Counted from the first letter of the stretch, positions 39,861 through 55,400 are shown. The stretch: 64,000 nt of DNA from the human T2T-CHM13v2.0 reference genome, Homo sapiens (GCF_009914755.1 NC_060933.1); one strand, 5' to 3'. Translations and numbers: made by a program. The notes: a model not told the origin generated them from the sequence alone.

Positions 39861-42236
39861 CAGGATGCATTTTTAAAGCAACAGCATAATTTGTTTCCCA
39901 TTTATATTTATGTAATAACTTACATAATTTATATGCATATGGTCACATTTTTTTTCCTCCTATTGCTTGCCCCATGTGTAGTGTCAGAAAGCTGGCAAAT
40001 TCCAAAATAATGAGATACAAGTTCAGCTGAGATTATGAGGGCAGGCTTCCCATAACTGTCAATTAATGTGTTTTGGATCTTATAAAGGAGGACATCTTTA
40101 GACAAAGGTTCTTAAGCAGCAAATGCACAATGTTTACTTGGACCAAGGTCCAAAGGGAGAGAGTACTCTGAGTAGAGGGAGGGAGTGTCCCGGAAATCAT
40201 GTAGCACATGTATGTTTAAATTAACGAAGGATAGACTGATGATTTCAAAGGTCCTGTAGCTTTTACACCCTGAATTAACTGTAGTTCCTTAATGTATTGG
40301 AAATAGAACTTTCAAAAGTTAAGCCAGTGAGGCAAAGCACACAATAATTCCCTTCTCTTAGGCTGACCATAGTTTTATGAAAATGAATTTTTAAGTGTCT
40401 TTTCTTTGCATGAGGCTTCTTGGCAAGAAATAAAATCTGTATAATGCATTACCTCTGGCTTTTTCCTTAAAGAGCTCAAGGATAGACATATGGATAATAG
40501 CTTAAAAATATAAATATGGTCTTTCCAGTCATAGAAACCTTCCGATCCAAGAGGTGCTTTTCCCACTTTCCAAAAAATACAGGGCTATATACACATACCC
40601 GTAAGGCACCCAGGCAAAATACATGGTATTTGACACTAAAAAAAACCCACTGAACTTTTCTTGAGTATTGCAGCCCTGTGATCAGACAGAGTGACTTGTC
40701 GTCAAATCTAGATGCCAAGTTGCTGTGTCACCTTCTAGCCACTAAGTCCTGTAACTAAGCATTTTTGTTTGGTAAAATTATAGAAGGGATGCTGTTGGGT
40801 AAGATATTTTGTTCTATTTTAGTACCTATAGTTCATCTAGGAAAATGGCTGTCACTTGGTTTTCTCACATATTTATTTCATTTGTCTATTTGAATGTATG
40901 CATAGGGAGAAATGAATATTTATAGTGTCCTTCTAAGGAACTGTTATCCACTCCCACCCCAGGATAGACTGTCCTGACCTCTAGGAGTCTCTTTAATGAG
41001 TCCGCAGTGGGGAAGACATGATACTTTCCGGTTTATGCACACATATAGGTTGGCAGTGTGGAATTTATGAATGCTTCATTAGGAAAGGCCACTGCCAATA
41101 TAGGATTAGTTTTGAAAAGAGTTGTCTAAGCAGCCTTCTTTTACCAAGCATGCAAATATGAACTAGTTAACTTTATTAGGATAATACTTATAGACAGTAA
41201 TATAAGGATTACAAGTTGCATAGTCAAAATCATCATAAATAGTCTAAGTAATACAGTGATAGGGCCTGTGTCAGATGTCATTCATGGAGGTAAAGATATT
41301 TTTATGAAGTGGAGAATTGTGGAATACTTGTTACATTTCCTTGGTAAAGTGTAAGTCCTTCAAAGGTAAAACCAATTCTTACTCATCTTTGTATTTCTAA
41401 CACAGTACCTAGCACTTGTTTGTTGAATGAATAAATGAGTGAATGAACCTGATCCCTTAGATTTTTTTGAAATGAAGAGGTTAAATTGTTTCCTGGAAAT
41501 AGAAAATGTACGTGCAAACCCATCCTTGCTGCTCCACTTTGACTGAGAAGGATGCCTTAGGATCCCTTCTCCAGTAATCTTTTAATTGAGCAGGTGAGAG
41601 AGGTCTTAAAATGTTTACTGAATGGCTGGATATGGAATTACAGCAGTGGACCACAAAGCTCCCTTCCTCCCCACTCATTTTTTAATTCCTTTGTGGAGAG
41701 GAGGGATAAATGGTAGAACAAAACATTCCAGAGCATTGTGACTAAATGAGCTATCACCAGAAGAAATCAAACAAAGGAGCATTTAGGCACAAATTGAAGA
41801 ATGCCACCAGGGCTGATTCTGCATTTGAGACATCCCGCTAAAACTGGAACATGCTTATTTTTGTGTTGCCGTAAGGATAATCTGTTTTAAAGAAAGTGTT
41901 CCCATACACACCCCTACCACTAGGTTATAAATTCTGCATTAGACTCAAGGTTTCTGGTTACCTTGTTTAAACAAGCTTATAACTAAATATTAAGATGTTT
42001 CTCCAATAGAGCATGTTTGAATTTTACAGCTGGCAGGGAGCCTATGGCTTAGGAAATTGAGTGGCTTCTCCAATTTTGTGCCAGAGATAGGGCTAGGGAT
42101 TTGGTTTTTCTAATTCTCCAAATAGTGTCTTTCCACCGCACGGTGTTGTAGAAAGCCATTAAAAAAAAAAATGATCCTGGAGCGTTTTGATCCCAGAATG
42201 TTTTTAAAAATTGATGCATACTCTAAGTCAGTAAGT

Positions 42237-42441
42237 CAGGAATTATAAACTGTGGCATGTGGAACAAAATCCAGCCTGGTTTTGTATATAAAGTTTTATT
42301 GGAACACATTCACACCCATTCATTTACATATCATCTACAGTGCTGCAATGGCAAAATGAGTGATTGCATCAGAGACCACGTGACCTGCAAAGCCTAAAAT
42401 ACGTATTATTTGGACCTTTATAGAAAAAGTTGGCTAGCCCT
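42237..42441. mobile_element. MER58A (hAT-Charlie) MITE
   Basis: AAAGTTTTATTGGAACAC..CCTGCAAAGCCTAAAATA..TTTATAGAAAAAGTTGG. Confidence 0.8.
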
Positions 42442-42760
42442 TAGTATAAAGTAAGGATGAAAAGTTACCTTAAAAATTAACATTACCAATTTGTAATAAA
42501 TTGGAAGTAAAATAGGATTTCTGAGAAAGCTAAAAGTTAGCTTGTTGTTGAGAGGTATAAATACTCTATATAAAAAACTAAAACACCTGCTTGCATTAAA
42601 CAAACAAAAAAAAAGCCCTGGGTTTCTAAGGAATCTCTGAGCACTTAGACTCAGAGATTTTAGTAGCCACAGTGAAACTTGTGACTTAAATAGCCTTGAC
42701 TTACAATGGGAAATGCCTCAGACTGTCATTTATGTTGTAATAACCCTGATGGAACGTGAA

Positions 42761-42786
42761 TACTCACCAAATGTCCTTCTTGACAG
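42761..42786 (+). promoter_or_regulatory. PCSK5: 3' splice site: branch-point-like motif, pyrimidine tract, CAG acceptor
   Basis: TACTCAC (branch-like A at 42766), TGTCCTTCTTGACAG directly before the exon. Confidence 0.85.
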
Positions 42787-42900
42787 GTGGAATGGATCCA
42801 ACAGCAAGTGGTAAAAAAGCGGACAAAGAGGGATTATGACTTCAGTCGTGCCCAGTCTACCTATTTCAATGATCCCAAGTGGCCCAGCATGTGGTATATG
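42787..42900 (+). CDS. PCSK5: PCSK5 (PC5/6) internal coding exon, likely exon 3: prodomain end, RTKR autocleavage site, start of catalytic domain
   Basis: Translates as VEWIQQQVVKKRTKRDYDFSRAQSTYFNDPKWPSMWYM, recognised as PC5/6; bounded by CAG| and |GTAAGC; 114 nt, phase 0/0; RTKR codons at 42820-42831. Confidence 0.97.
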
Positions 42901-42906
42901 GTAAGC
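42898..42906 (+). promoter_or_regulatory. PCSK5: 5' splice donor ATG|GTAAGC
   Basis: Near-consensus donor where protein similarity ends. Confidence 0.9.
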
Positions 42907-44913
42907 TTGCTAAGGAAGCCTGGCCTAGGGCCATGTCATCCGGTTTTGTGTTGTATGCAGAGAATCTGTTGGTCTTGGGAGGACACAGAAATACTGACCA
43001 GGGATTATTTCCTATTTTAATACCCACCATTTGAGATTGGTTAATGGCCTATGATGCTGTCTGGATTTTCTTTCTAACTTGGCTTGTTGGTTAAAATAAG
43101 GAGAAAAAGAAGGGAGTTCCGACTCACAGAAATTCTGTTTGAGAGCTTACTTTGTGCAGTAGCTTTCTAATTTTGGGCCAGAGGATAGAAAAATACGCAA
43201 AAGTGCACATACCCTTAGACCTATCAATAATCATGTTACCTCTGATACACATTTACTGTACCTTGAAACTAGTCTAGCTAATGCACACTGGTTCTTGAAC
43301 ATCATTGAAATGACTCTGCTGGTAAGTAATAGGCCCCAAAATTATGTCATCTGATGTGTGCACTCTCACTTTAGGTAATACTTTGTAAAAGTAGACCAGG
43401 AAAGGAAATCATGGAAAGTGTTCGATTTGGTAGTTCATGGTTCAAGCAAAAGATTTTTCAGTGAAGGAAACCTACTTAACATGTTGGGAAGAGTAATCCA
43501 CCAGTTTACTTGGCATGGCCTCCTTTGAAAACATACATCTCTAATCTCTTAGGGATTTTAGGTTCATGATCACTGAGAAATGAATTTGAATATGTTACTT
43601 ACTCATGAAATCCACATGTCACCAATTTGCTCTATAATGTGTAAATCACCCTTTACTTTCTTCTTTCTTGAAAGTTTTTATTGCTAAATTTTGCCAGTAT
43701 ATTATTCACTATACTACTTTAGTTTTTGTATTCCTGTTCCTGCTTCTTTACAAAATGTCTCCAAACTGAAAGAAGAACATGAATCCATAGCATTCCCATA
43801 GCTGCCTCATGCTTTCCTGGCTCCCTGCCTCCCATTCCTTCTGCCTGGAATACGTTCCCTGCCCTTCCCCACCTCCTTGGGTCAGGATCCCCTGTCCTCA
43901 GAACCCACACCTGAGGCTGACTGCTCTGGAAGGCCTTTCCTGTGTTCCTATCTTTTGTCATTTTCCCTCCTCTGGTCTCTTGGACCCTCTCCCTGCTGCT
44001 CATGGCATCCATCATGGCACTTTACACTGTAGTTATTCATATTGTTTTTTAACCTTCCCCATTGGACTTGTGGGGGGGCGGGTCTCTTGAGGGCAAGCTC
44101 TGCATCTTGATCCCTTTTTATATCTCCCCAGAAACCTAACCCAGCACCTTGTAAGGCTAGGAATTTGTGCTTATTTTGAGATGGGTAAATGTGGCTGGTA
44201 TTTCTCTTAATTTCCCTTTTCTTGGTCTTACCCAGAAATGAAAGGTTATGGAAATATTTTGGATCCCAAACAGAATTTTACACAGAAATTTTCCTCATGT
44301 TTAAGGGGAAAAGGGGAGGAATCATAAAGCTAAGTTCAAGGGAAGGCGGATCTAAGCATCCTTAGCCCCAGTAGCCGCAAAGAGTGAACACCAAGGGAAG
44401 GCATTGGAGTGAGCACTGGCAGGAGCTAAGGAGCTTTGTCTGCACTGACAAAATGATAAGAATGTAATGGGATTAAGAGATAGGAGGAAGCAAAGCTGCC
44501 TCTACACCCCTGTTTATAAGACCAGGGTGAGAGAGACCCTTTTTGCTTGTTCTCATAGGAAAGAGCCAAATTGCTGTCTATGCATGATCCACTGGACAGT
44601 AGAACTATCTAGTAGCTTTCCCTGATCCTTTCATCACCCCAGCAGGGCAGACTGGACTCTAGCAGGAGCCATGACCAGGGCTTTAGCCCTTTGGCTAGCC
44701 TGGTGGCTGAAGGTTTCAGTGCCTGCATAGTGAGATCTTGTCACTCTGAAGAACCACTATTATTTCATGTCTTTCCAACATGAGGAGAGACTGAGAGAAG
44801 AGCTTTTGATTGGCCATTTAACATGTTTGGTGTTTTTCAACACATATTTGATGATAATATTACAAATACATAACATTTATTGAGCACTTACTATGCACCA
44901 GGCAATGTGCTAA

Positions 44914-45370
<457 letters not shown>

Positions 45371-45754
45371 ATGAATATTTTTCTAATGCAGCTGGAACAA
45401 ATGCATGTGTTAAAATTGGCCTAGTTTTAAAGTGAGAAACCTGTGAGGCTTGCGAAATTTAGTTAACTTACCTAAGATCACCAAGCCTGAAAGTGGTGGA
45501 GATGCCAATACAGGCAGGTTGATGCAGAGTCCATGGGATTAGCACAACATCCTGTCTCCACCCTTCTGCTGTTTACGGTGCTGTGAGGAAGCCTCTAATC
45601 TATCCAAAGAGAAGTCACTGAAACACTTGGCAGAATGGTGGGTCCCCTGTGGGATAAATAAAGTATCTTGAGGACAACCAAAGTACTTCACAGATTCCTG
45701 TTAAATGATTACTTTCCCTTAATAAAAGGGATGGGAAACAGGTTCCATACCTTA

Positions 45755-46591
<837 letters not shown>

Positions 46592-47884
46592 AATTAAATG
46601 AAATTTTTAATGAGAAGCCTTTAACACAGTGCCTGACACCAGAAAACCCTCAGTCAATCATAATTGTTGTTATTCTCTGACTTCTTAATTGCAATACATA
46701 GTAGTTCCTTTTTACCTTTTGTTCAAATGAGTCAAAGAAAGGTGAGATCCCATGCCCAGTGGGCATTCTTGGGAGTATTGTTTGGCAGCACATCACTGAC
46801 ACAGCCCAGGCAAGGTGCTGATACCCTTCTTCCTTTTCCTGAGCCCTGAGCTGCTGCAGTGTTTCTGACCTCCGTAGGGTCCTGCCTCCAGCTCGTTAGC
46901 CTGGGCCCATTTCTGTCGTTCAATATTTATCACAGGAGAATGGAGATTAAAGAATGGCATGAAGTGTGCCTGCGTGTCTCTTTTAATTAATTTACAAGCT
47001 TTTCCCATGTCGCTCCTCCCCTTGGAAACTGGTGTGCAAAATCATTATGTGTAGCCTTGAGGCTTGGGCAATATATTCAGGGAAGAGTACATTTATGAGA
47101 GTTTGTTATGGAGATGATAGCTGTATAATTACTGCTGTGTCCTGACATACTGTGTTGAGATTTCTAGGAGTTGGAGGGTTAATCCTAGAAATTCAGTTCA
47201 CTTCTTGTTGCATTGACAAGCTTCTTCTGCATCTATTATTTGCTAGACATGATGCTAAGCGCTGAGAGTTTAGAAAAACATGATTTGTGCCTCCTAAGAT
47301 TAATAAAGCAGGGGAGTAATATGTAAGCATCAAAGAAAACTTGCTGGACAAGCAACTCCCTGCTAAAAGTTTCTCTGGGATCACGTGCATATATCTAGCC
47401 TCTGCTCCCTGGACATTGGCCTGTAATTTTTGCTCACAGATTTGTTTCTTCCATTAGAAGCTCCTGCAGAACTGTTAAACAGATCCAAGCTTGGGCCTTC
47501 CTTTAGTTTTTGATGTGGAGTGGGGCAAAGGCAGTGGGATTTCATCAGAACTAACGTGTAGTATGTGGTAAATGCTCAATAAATTTTGATTGAATAAATG
47601 GATGAGCAAACTCTGTAATAAAAGCAAACCTGTGTCATTTCCATAGTAGAGAACGCTTAGTGTGTGTCAAGCATTTTGCCACACTTTCATGTGTATTATC
47701 TTATCGCCAGTGTTCCAGTGAGTTAATAACTACAGTTATAATCTTCATTTTATAGATGAGGAAATGAAAGCAAAGAAAAGTTAAGTCACCAGCCCAAAGT
47801 CACACCATTTACCAGGAACTGACCCTGGTGTTCAAACTCAGCCATTTACTTGTAACGTAATTCTACATCATGCTTCATAAAGGA

Positions 47885-48032
47885 CAGGCATTAGAATCAC
47901 CTGGAGGTCTTCTTAAAACCAGATTTTTGCCTACCCTCCCACCCCTGGCACAGAATCTGGGAATTTGTATTTCTGGCGAGTTTCCAATTGATGCTGATGC
48001 TGGGGTCTCAAAACCCCTTTGAGACACCACTT
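47885..48032. mobile_element. MER5A-like MITE
   Basis: GCATTAGAATCACCTGGAG..TGATGCTGATGCTG..TTTGAGACACCACT. Confidence 0.7.
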
Positions 48033-48532
48033 CCCTACCGTATTTAATTAACCAAGGTTATGTGAGCACAGCCTCCCCAGTTATCAGATGGGGAAAGAAA
48101 GGCTTTTAAACTTATGGGGCATTTTAAAGCACACTTGGTCAATTTAACTTTTTCTTGATCTTATACCTTCCTCTTGCTGACACTATTTTCTATTTGGAAA
48201 GCTGGCAGCTTTAATATGAGAAGATATTTTCACTTTACCTTCGCTGATTGAAAATACCCTTAGCTTATATATTCTTTCAAGCTGCTCCAGAGACAGAGGA
48301 TATCTGATAGGAAAGGTCGTGAGGATTTGGCCACGTCTTTGGAAACTCAGTGTAATAGAATTGGTTTTAAGGTACCCAGCTGATACAGTGGCCCGTTTTT
48401 TCACGACTAAAGAAAACTCAGTTTGACTCTAGAGACAGAGAGGTGAAGTAAGACTCTTCCTTAAGAATCTGGGACTACCAATTGAGAAAGTTTAGGGAGT
48501 TAAATATTTTAAAAATTATAAAATGTTTAGAA

Positions 48533-48766
48533 TGTTCAAGACAGCCTAGGCAACATAGCGAGATCCCCTCTCTCTAAAAAAATGTAAAATAAAAAAAAAA
48601 ATTAGTTAGGCTTGGTGGCATATACCTGTAGTTCCTGCTACTTGGGAGGCTGAGGCAGGAGGATCACTTGAGTCTAGGAGGTCGAGGCTGCAGTGAGCTA
48701 TGATTGCACCATTATGCTCTGATCTGGGAGACAGAGCAAGACCCCATATCTAAAATCATAAATAAA
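48533..48766 (+). mobile_element. Partial AluJ
   Basis: GTTCAAGACAGCCTAGGCAACATAG..GAGGTCGAGGCTGCAGTGAGCTATGATTGCACC. Confidence 0.9.
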
Positions 48767-49226
48767 CATTGAAATGGCTGTCCACCTACCCCCAAACTAA
48801 GGAATGGAGTATCATCTATATAATTGAAGTCCCTCGTGATCTCTATTTTAGTAGCATCTCTTCATCCTCTACAGAGTCATCACTTGCGCTGAATTCGAAA
48901 TACATTGAGGGGTTTCTCCCTTGTTGGTGGGAGGCTTCTCTTTGTAGGAGGGCTTATTCAATTTACAATAGATGTATGTTTTTGAAGTCAACATAAAACA
49001 CATATTCGTACATGGAATTCAACAGTTGGGCTATTGCATAGTCCCAAGATGACAACTTAGAAATGACACTTGGCTGAAAATGTGAGTTTAATAGAAAAGA
49101 TCTTTTATTCCTTCACTTATGTAAATATTTCATTGCTTAAGGAAATTGATGTTGCATTTATGGTATTTCAAGTTTAACTGTTAGCCAATAATGATTTTGG
49201 AGAATCCCGTAGTAAATAACTTTAAA

Positions 49227-49266
49227 TACACACACACACACACATACACACACATACACACACACA
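49227..49266. repeat. Interrupted (CA)n microsatellite
   Basis: Direct read. Confidence 0.95.
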
Positions 49267-50232
49267 ATTTTTTTTCTGCCTCACAGAAGGACTCAGAAGT
49301 GTTTCTATTTGACTCTCAGACTCTAGTAATTCATATGACTGGTACTCTTGACTCATCATCCTAGTTAGCACAGTAGAACTTTTTGTGATGAATATTGGGT
49401 GGCCTATTTAATATGCATTATTTAAAGGCAGACAGTAATAAATGGATTCATTTTTGATGCACTACCTCGGATTTCATGAACGCTCTCTGGGTGGTTTTTC
49501 TGAAGGAAAAAAAATTCATATTTGTCGATCAGCAGAGTGAAAATTAGCTGAGTTCGGTTATGCGTGTGGGGCATATCTGCCAAAAGCTATGAAGTAGCTA
49601 GGATAGTAATTGTGAAAAATGATTTTAAGCCCCATGGCTTTTTCTCAGCCAACTGGATGGTGTTCAGTACTCCAAGAGTTTGAGACATCACTGTCTCTGC
49701 GGTTGGCACACATTTTTCTAATGATTTATACTGTCATTTGACTCATAAAATCTGGTGGAGTTTGTGGCATTATTGTCCTGGCAGCTTGGAAATCGACCTT
49801 TTAAGACACCCCATTTAGCTGTTTTAATTGAAAATGCAACATGGTAGAAATCTGCAACCATGTGGCACATTCTGAGGCAAGCAGGAGACCTCCTGAGAAA
49901 GGACAGATGCCAGTGAGGCAGTAAATAATGGACTGGTAGGAACTAGTAAGAGTTGAGATGTGGTTTTGTTGTACTGGTCCTAGCTCTGTGACCTCTAGAA
50001 AGGTATTTACCTCTCTCAACCTTAGTTCATTTGAAAAACTGAGGAATCTAGACTAGATACTTTCTTAAGATCATCCTGTTTGAACATTTAGTTCTACATG
50101 GCTAGTTGTACTGAATATTGAGCCTAGAGAGATCACATACCATCAATGGGCCCATGTCTTGATCTCCAGCCAAGAGCTACCCCATGAGATGTATACTGTG
50201 CTTTCATGACATTACTAATTCAAAGTCAATAT

Positions 50233-50780
50233 GTACCTTGTTTCAGAGATCCCAAGACCACCTACAAATCTGGTAAATCACTAGGAAGACTTACATGACT
50301 CATCATGTAGTCATTCTCATGGCTATGATTTATTTCCTAAAAAGGGTACAAAGCACAATCAGCAGAAAGAAAACGCACATGGGGCGAAGTCTGGAGGAAA
50401 CCAGGATCAAGCTTCCAAGAGACTTGCTTTAGTAAATCACACAGAAAGCACTTAGTTCCTCTAGCACTGAATTGTGACCACACACGTGAAATGTTATCTA
50501 CCAGGGAAGCTCATTAGAGACTCAGTGCCCAGTATTAGGAGTCTCATAGGCATCCCTTGCCTACCATATACCAAAATTCCACATCCACAGAAGAAAAGCA
50601 GGTGTTCATAATAAACCATATCATTTATATAAATGGTTTAGGTGCAGTGAACAATTCTAATTGGGGAATGGCAGGAACCCTCCCGAAACTCAAGTTCCCA
50701 GATGCCAAACAGCCCAACCTTGCACACAGGATTTTCAAAGGCCACCAGTCTCAGGTCTGCTATGTTAACTCCTCTGCACT
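50233..50780. mobile_element. MER21-like LTR
   Basis: CCCAAGACCACC..CATGGCTATGATTTATT..AAGTCTGGAGGAAACCAGG..AAGCTTCCAAGAG..GAGACTCAGTGCCCAG. Confidence 0.75.
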
Positions 50781-50789
50781 TTTCCGAAC

Positions 50790-52020
50790 CAAATTCATGA
50801 TCCTACCCCCCAGATTTACCTGCTTCCACTGTTTCTGCTTTTAGTGAGTAGAGAGAAACCTGGATGTCATCCTTGACTCTACCCTTAAAGCCAATCCACC
50901 ACCAAGTCAAAGCTACTTTACCTCTTGAGTCAGTTGCCATCTTTCCTTCCCCACCACTACCTTTAGTCTAAGCCATCATCTCTTAACTAGACTACTACAA
51001 CAGCTAGTTATCCACCTCCCAACCTCCCAGTTTCTTTCTTTTCTTTCTTTCTTTCTTTCTTTTTTTTTTTTTTTTGAGATGGAGTCTCACTCTGTCGCCC
51101 AGGCTGGAATGCAGTGGCGCGATCTTAGCTCACTGCAACCTCCGCCTCCTGGGTTCATGCAATTCTCCTGCCTCAGCCTCCCGAAGCTGGGACTACAGGT
51201 GCCTGCCACCATGCCCAGCTACTTTTTTGTATTTTTAGTAGAGACGGGGTGTCACCGTGTTAACCAGGATGGTCTTGATCTCCTGACCTTGCGATCCACC
51301 CGCCTCGGCCTCCCAAAGTGCTGGGATTACAGGCGTGAGCCAGTGCGCCCGGCCCCACCTCCCAGTTTTTACTTCTGCACTCTTCCAGTCTGTTCTTCAT
51401 ACAGCAGCCAGAGTGATTATTAAAACCCCCAAGCAACCAACCAAAGAAAACACCTCCCCATTTAGTCATTTCCCTTTGCTTAACACTTCTGAAAAGACTT
51501 CCCACTGTTTTAAGAATAAAAACCCAAATGCATACCATTGCCTTGAAGGCCTCACATGATTTGTTCTCTGCTCACCTCTCCAAACATCTTGCAATACTTT
51601 CTACTTCGCTTTCTGCTTTCAGCCCATAGGCTTTATTTTTCTTCATAGAACATACCAAATTCCTTCCCTTCACAGATCCTTTAAACATGTTCTCTCTCTG
51701 CCTGGATGCTTCTCCCATGTCCCTCTGCTGGGTTAATTCCAATGCTCCCTTGAGATTCCCATAATCTTGAGTAGCCAGGTCCCCCACTCCATTTGCTATA
51801 TCACCATGCACACCTCTTTTTGTGTACTTAATGCAGTTATAACTTTCCATCTCTGTGTGTGATCATGTGATAACTATCCTTCCCATTAGATACATTCCAT
51901 GGAGGAAGAAACCATAAAAATCATCATGGAAACCTTAGTGACTCACACAGTTCCTGATATATATATAATAGGCCTTTATAAATGTGTGTTGAATGAATGA
52001 ATGGATTAATAAAGCATGAA
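50790..52020. mobile_element. L2 fragment interrupted by an Alu
   Basis: AAACCTGGATGTCATCCTTGACTC..GCAGCCAGAGTGAT..TGTTGAATGAATGAAT. Confidence 0.7.
51031..51354 (-). mobile_element. Alu (AluSc/Y-like) with (TTTC)n tail
   Basis: CCAGGATGGTCTTGATCTCCTGACC diagnostic; TSD ACCTCCCAGTTT on both sides. Confidence 0.95.
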
Positions 52021-52374
52021 TCAGTAAAACATTATTTGTGCTCATGTTTATACTGTACTGTATTTCTAGTTTACATTAACTTCAATAAACTGCCAGTAAA
52101 AGAAGAAATAAGTGTTTTATGATTTTTTGGTATGTTTTGGAAGAAGTTGTGTCTTTGTGATTTTATCTGGGAGTGCTTTTTCTGATATCTTGAATTGGGA
52201 GTTGTGTTCCTGAGATATTGTTGCGATTTGGTCCTCATATCTGGTGTATTTACAACTGTCCTGCTTGGCTTCTAGTCACAGAGGACTATTTCTTTAACTT
52301 AGGTCTGTGGGCTAGATGGAGGTCCAATCTGTTAGTAGTTGCAAATGTTGATGATACTTTTAACAGGATTCATT

Positions 52375-52377
<3 letters not shown>

Positions 52378-52428
<51 letters not shown>
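52378..52428. repeat. Long (CA)n microsatellite
   Basis: More than 20 uninterrupted CA units. Confidence 0.97.
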
Positions 52429-52429
<1 letters not shown>

Positions 52430-55400
52430 CTCTCTGATCTTGTTCTCTTCCCAATGATAATGACTTCACTAGGAAGAAAAAGTCAACAATATTTCATAAT
52501 ATTTCTTTATCATTTGTTTTCTACCCATTTTTCTTTCATTATGGGTAGTAATCATAATTTTCTGTGATAGTTTGTGAAGATCTATTTCTACTATGGCATT
52601 TTGAAAAATCTGTCATTTCCTTGATGAGTTTAGACCTGTAAGATTTTCAAATACTGGTCCAAGGCTATTTAGGGAACCAAATATGTGAATGACTGAGCTG
52701 GAATAATAGCACCTCCTTAAAAAAATACTTTGTATTCATTAAATCAATAACACAAAATAAAAATTTTCATAATTAATAATTCCAAGAAAAAGCAAACTCG
52801 TATCTCAGGTGTGGTCTGTATTTGTTCTACAGCTTAGGGAATCCCAACTGAATTAAAGTTCCTATGAAGAAGACTTTTATTAATGCATTTATTTATTCAT
52901 TCATTTATATTTAGCAAAGATTTATTTTTTCCAAGAACCTATATTATTCCTGATGCCAAGGATAAAATAGTAAATGCAATGACCATGTTGCCTTCTTTAA
53001 TGAAGTTTAAGGGGAGCATTTTATGGGTAGGGATTTGGGTAATTTTCATCCTTTTGCCTAATCAGTTGATGCTGGCCTACCAGGACATGGCAGAACTGTA
53101 ATTGGTACTTGCTAATTAAGTTATGATAATTATGATAACTGCGATTTCATTGTCCCACATGATGGTTGTGATGGAAGTGGCTATATTAAGAATGTCAAAT
53201 TAACCTGTAAGTAACTAGTCAAAGTGCTTCCAGAAGAGGCTAATAATTAATGATCCACTTAGAAAAATCATTTTGATAACATCTATTTCTGCCAGTGCAA
53301 ATTATTACAACCTTTTAAGAATTTGCTTGCACAAGATACAACTTATTTCATACAGGTAATTTATCTTCTTAGCTTTGCTTTCAAAGAGTAAAAAATGTGT
53401 GAGTAGTCTTGCCCTCTGGGCCCCTCTCTGCCATGATGGTGGTTCTGTTAACAAAGTTTTTTTTTTTTTTTTTTATCAAGATCTTAGCTAAGATTTTTCT
53501 TTAATTAGTAACTCATTCTCTTTTGGAGAGCAGATAGGATTGACCCTTGACCTATCTTAATCTGTGGTTGTCTTCCTGAACATGTTGATTCAAGTTCTTT
53601 TATCAAACAGCTGCTCTGATGCCTCATTGCTCATTTACTTTTCACTCAGTATTGGGATTAGTTGTAGTGATCAGGGCACATTTTTCTGGCTTACTGTAAC
53701 CTATCTCTCTGCCAATAACTAGGGTTCTTTTAGTAAGTGCTCAATAAATGTCTGTGGATATAAAGTGAGGGGAGAGCCGGTCATTTAGATTTCTTCATTT
53801 ACAAATTCACAGAACTGAGTTTGGCTACTTCTGAAAGGTGATTTTGCCTTCAGATGTCCTGTGTTGAGATTCAAGTTCTAAAATTATCTGAGACAGAAGC
53901 ATCTGGAATGCTTCTTTTTCTTAATTTTGGTTAGCAGTGAACTTGGCTAGGAAATTCATGGAGTAAAAGGAATGATTTTTAGCAATCCAGTGATGAAATG
54001 AATTGGAAAGAAGACAAATGCCTAAATTGTCTGGGGAGAAAGTATTAACCATCTTCAAATAGAATGCACATGCACATCAATATGATTTTTCCAGTTTCTC
54101 CAATGTAAGGAGATCCTTGATAGGCTGCCTCAGCCTAAGGTTGAGATTGTAGACTGGTGGTGGATAGTCCAAAATGCAGATGATTCAAGCCGAAAGAGCT
54201 GCTCCACAGCAGATGAAGTGAAATTACAGTGAGACATGCAGAAGAAAACTATTAATTACTGAAACAGGATTTGATTGCTTAATTGCATAAGTCAGAATTG
54301 AAATTGGGTTCAGAATGCAGAGGTGTTATTTTTTGATGGTAGATGATATGGACAGTCAAAAATGCATTCACCACTTATTGTTTCCATGATTAAAAAGAGG
54401 AAAAACCTGATGAGAAACCTAATTTCTTTCTTTATGCTAAAAAAAAGCCAGTCAGTTTGTCTGGATGGTGTCTATTCAAACATTTGGTACAAGAGTTACA
54501 GAATAATCTTAAACGACTATTTGGAAGAAGTCTAGCTTTTGTTCTACTTCTTTTCTCTTTTAGTTTCCTGGTGAGTTGAATTTGACCCTTATAAAAAGCC
54601 TACTGGTATAGAAGTTCTGATCCAGACATTCAAAATTAGTGTGTCTGAAGCAAAGTCAAACAAACTATGGTCAGGTAGCACAGAACTGTGTTCTTCTAAT
54701 AGTCTCGTTGCATGGTGTCCTGAAACTTAGTTAAATTAGTGCCTTTAAAACTTGGTCTTTGGATGTGTTACCTAGTGATAGAGAAATCATTTTTATCTTT
54801 TAGAGAACTCATAGAAATTCAACAGTATTCTCAGTCACAGTAAGTCAAGCATAGCAGGCCCACATAATTTTTTTTTTCCAGCTCATTCCTGGTCTGCTGA
54901 AATGTTTTAAGTGCTAATTCTGACTTTTCTTTCATTACTGTGCTCTGTGTCCCAGGCCCTTCCACTTAACATTTGTGCATTTACACAAGCACACAAAAAC
55001 AAACACTGTGCATGTTTTTGCAATTAGTGCTTACTTTGAATCAGGTGGTCTTTAAGAAGATAGTGAAAAAGAACTCACAGACCACTAAATTAGAATGGGT
55101 CTAAATCATAATTCAAGCCCTCAGCTCATGCTCAATACCGCTCTAGTAAGTTTTCAAAAACTAGAAATATACTCTACTCAGATGGCTCTTTCTGTAATGG
55201 GTGATTCCACTCAAAAACACTTCCTTGTACTTTATCAGAAACGTAACGTCACTTGGTCTAAATTCCAGGTTGGTGATCACATATTTGATCTAGTTTACAT
55301 GCTTTCACTGTAAATATTATAGAAATCTTTTGGAAAATTTAAAAGCAAAAGTCAGGAGACTAATATATCATGAACATCCACGTCTCCATTACCAACTTCA

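Noticed and set aside
42901-43020. ORF track extends the exon ORF to 77 aa
   Set aside because: PC5 similarity ends at the GTAAGC donor; the rest is intronic read-through, and the GTG start is an internal Val codon.
44230-44760. Possible ancient LTR-like segment
   Set aside because: Termini and family could not be established by eye.
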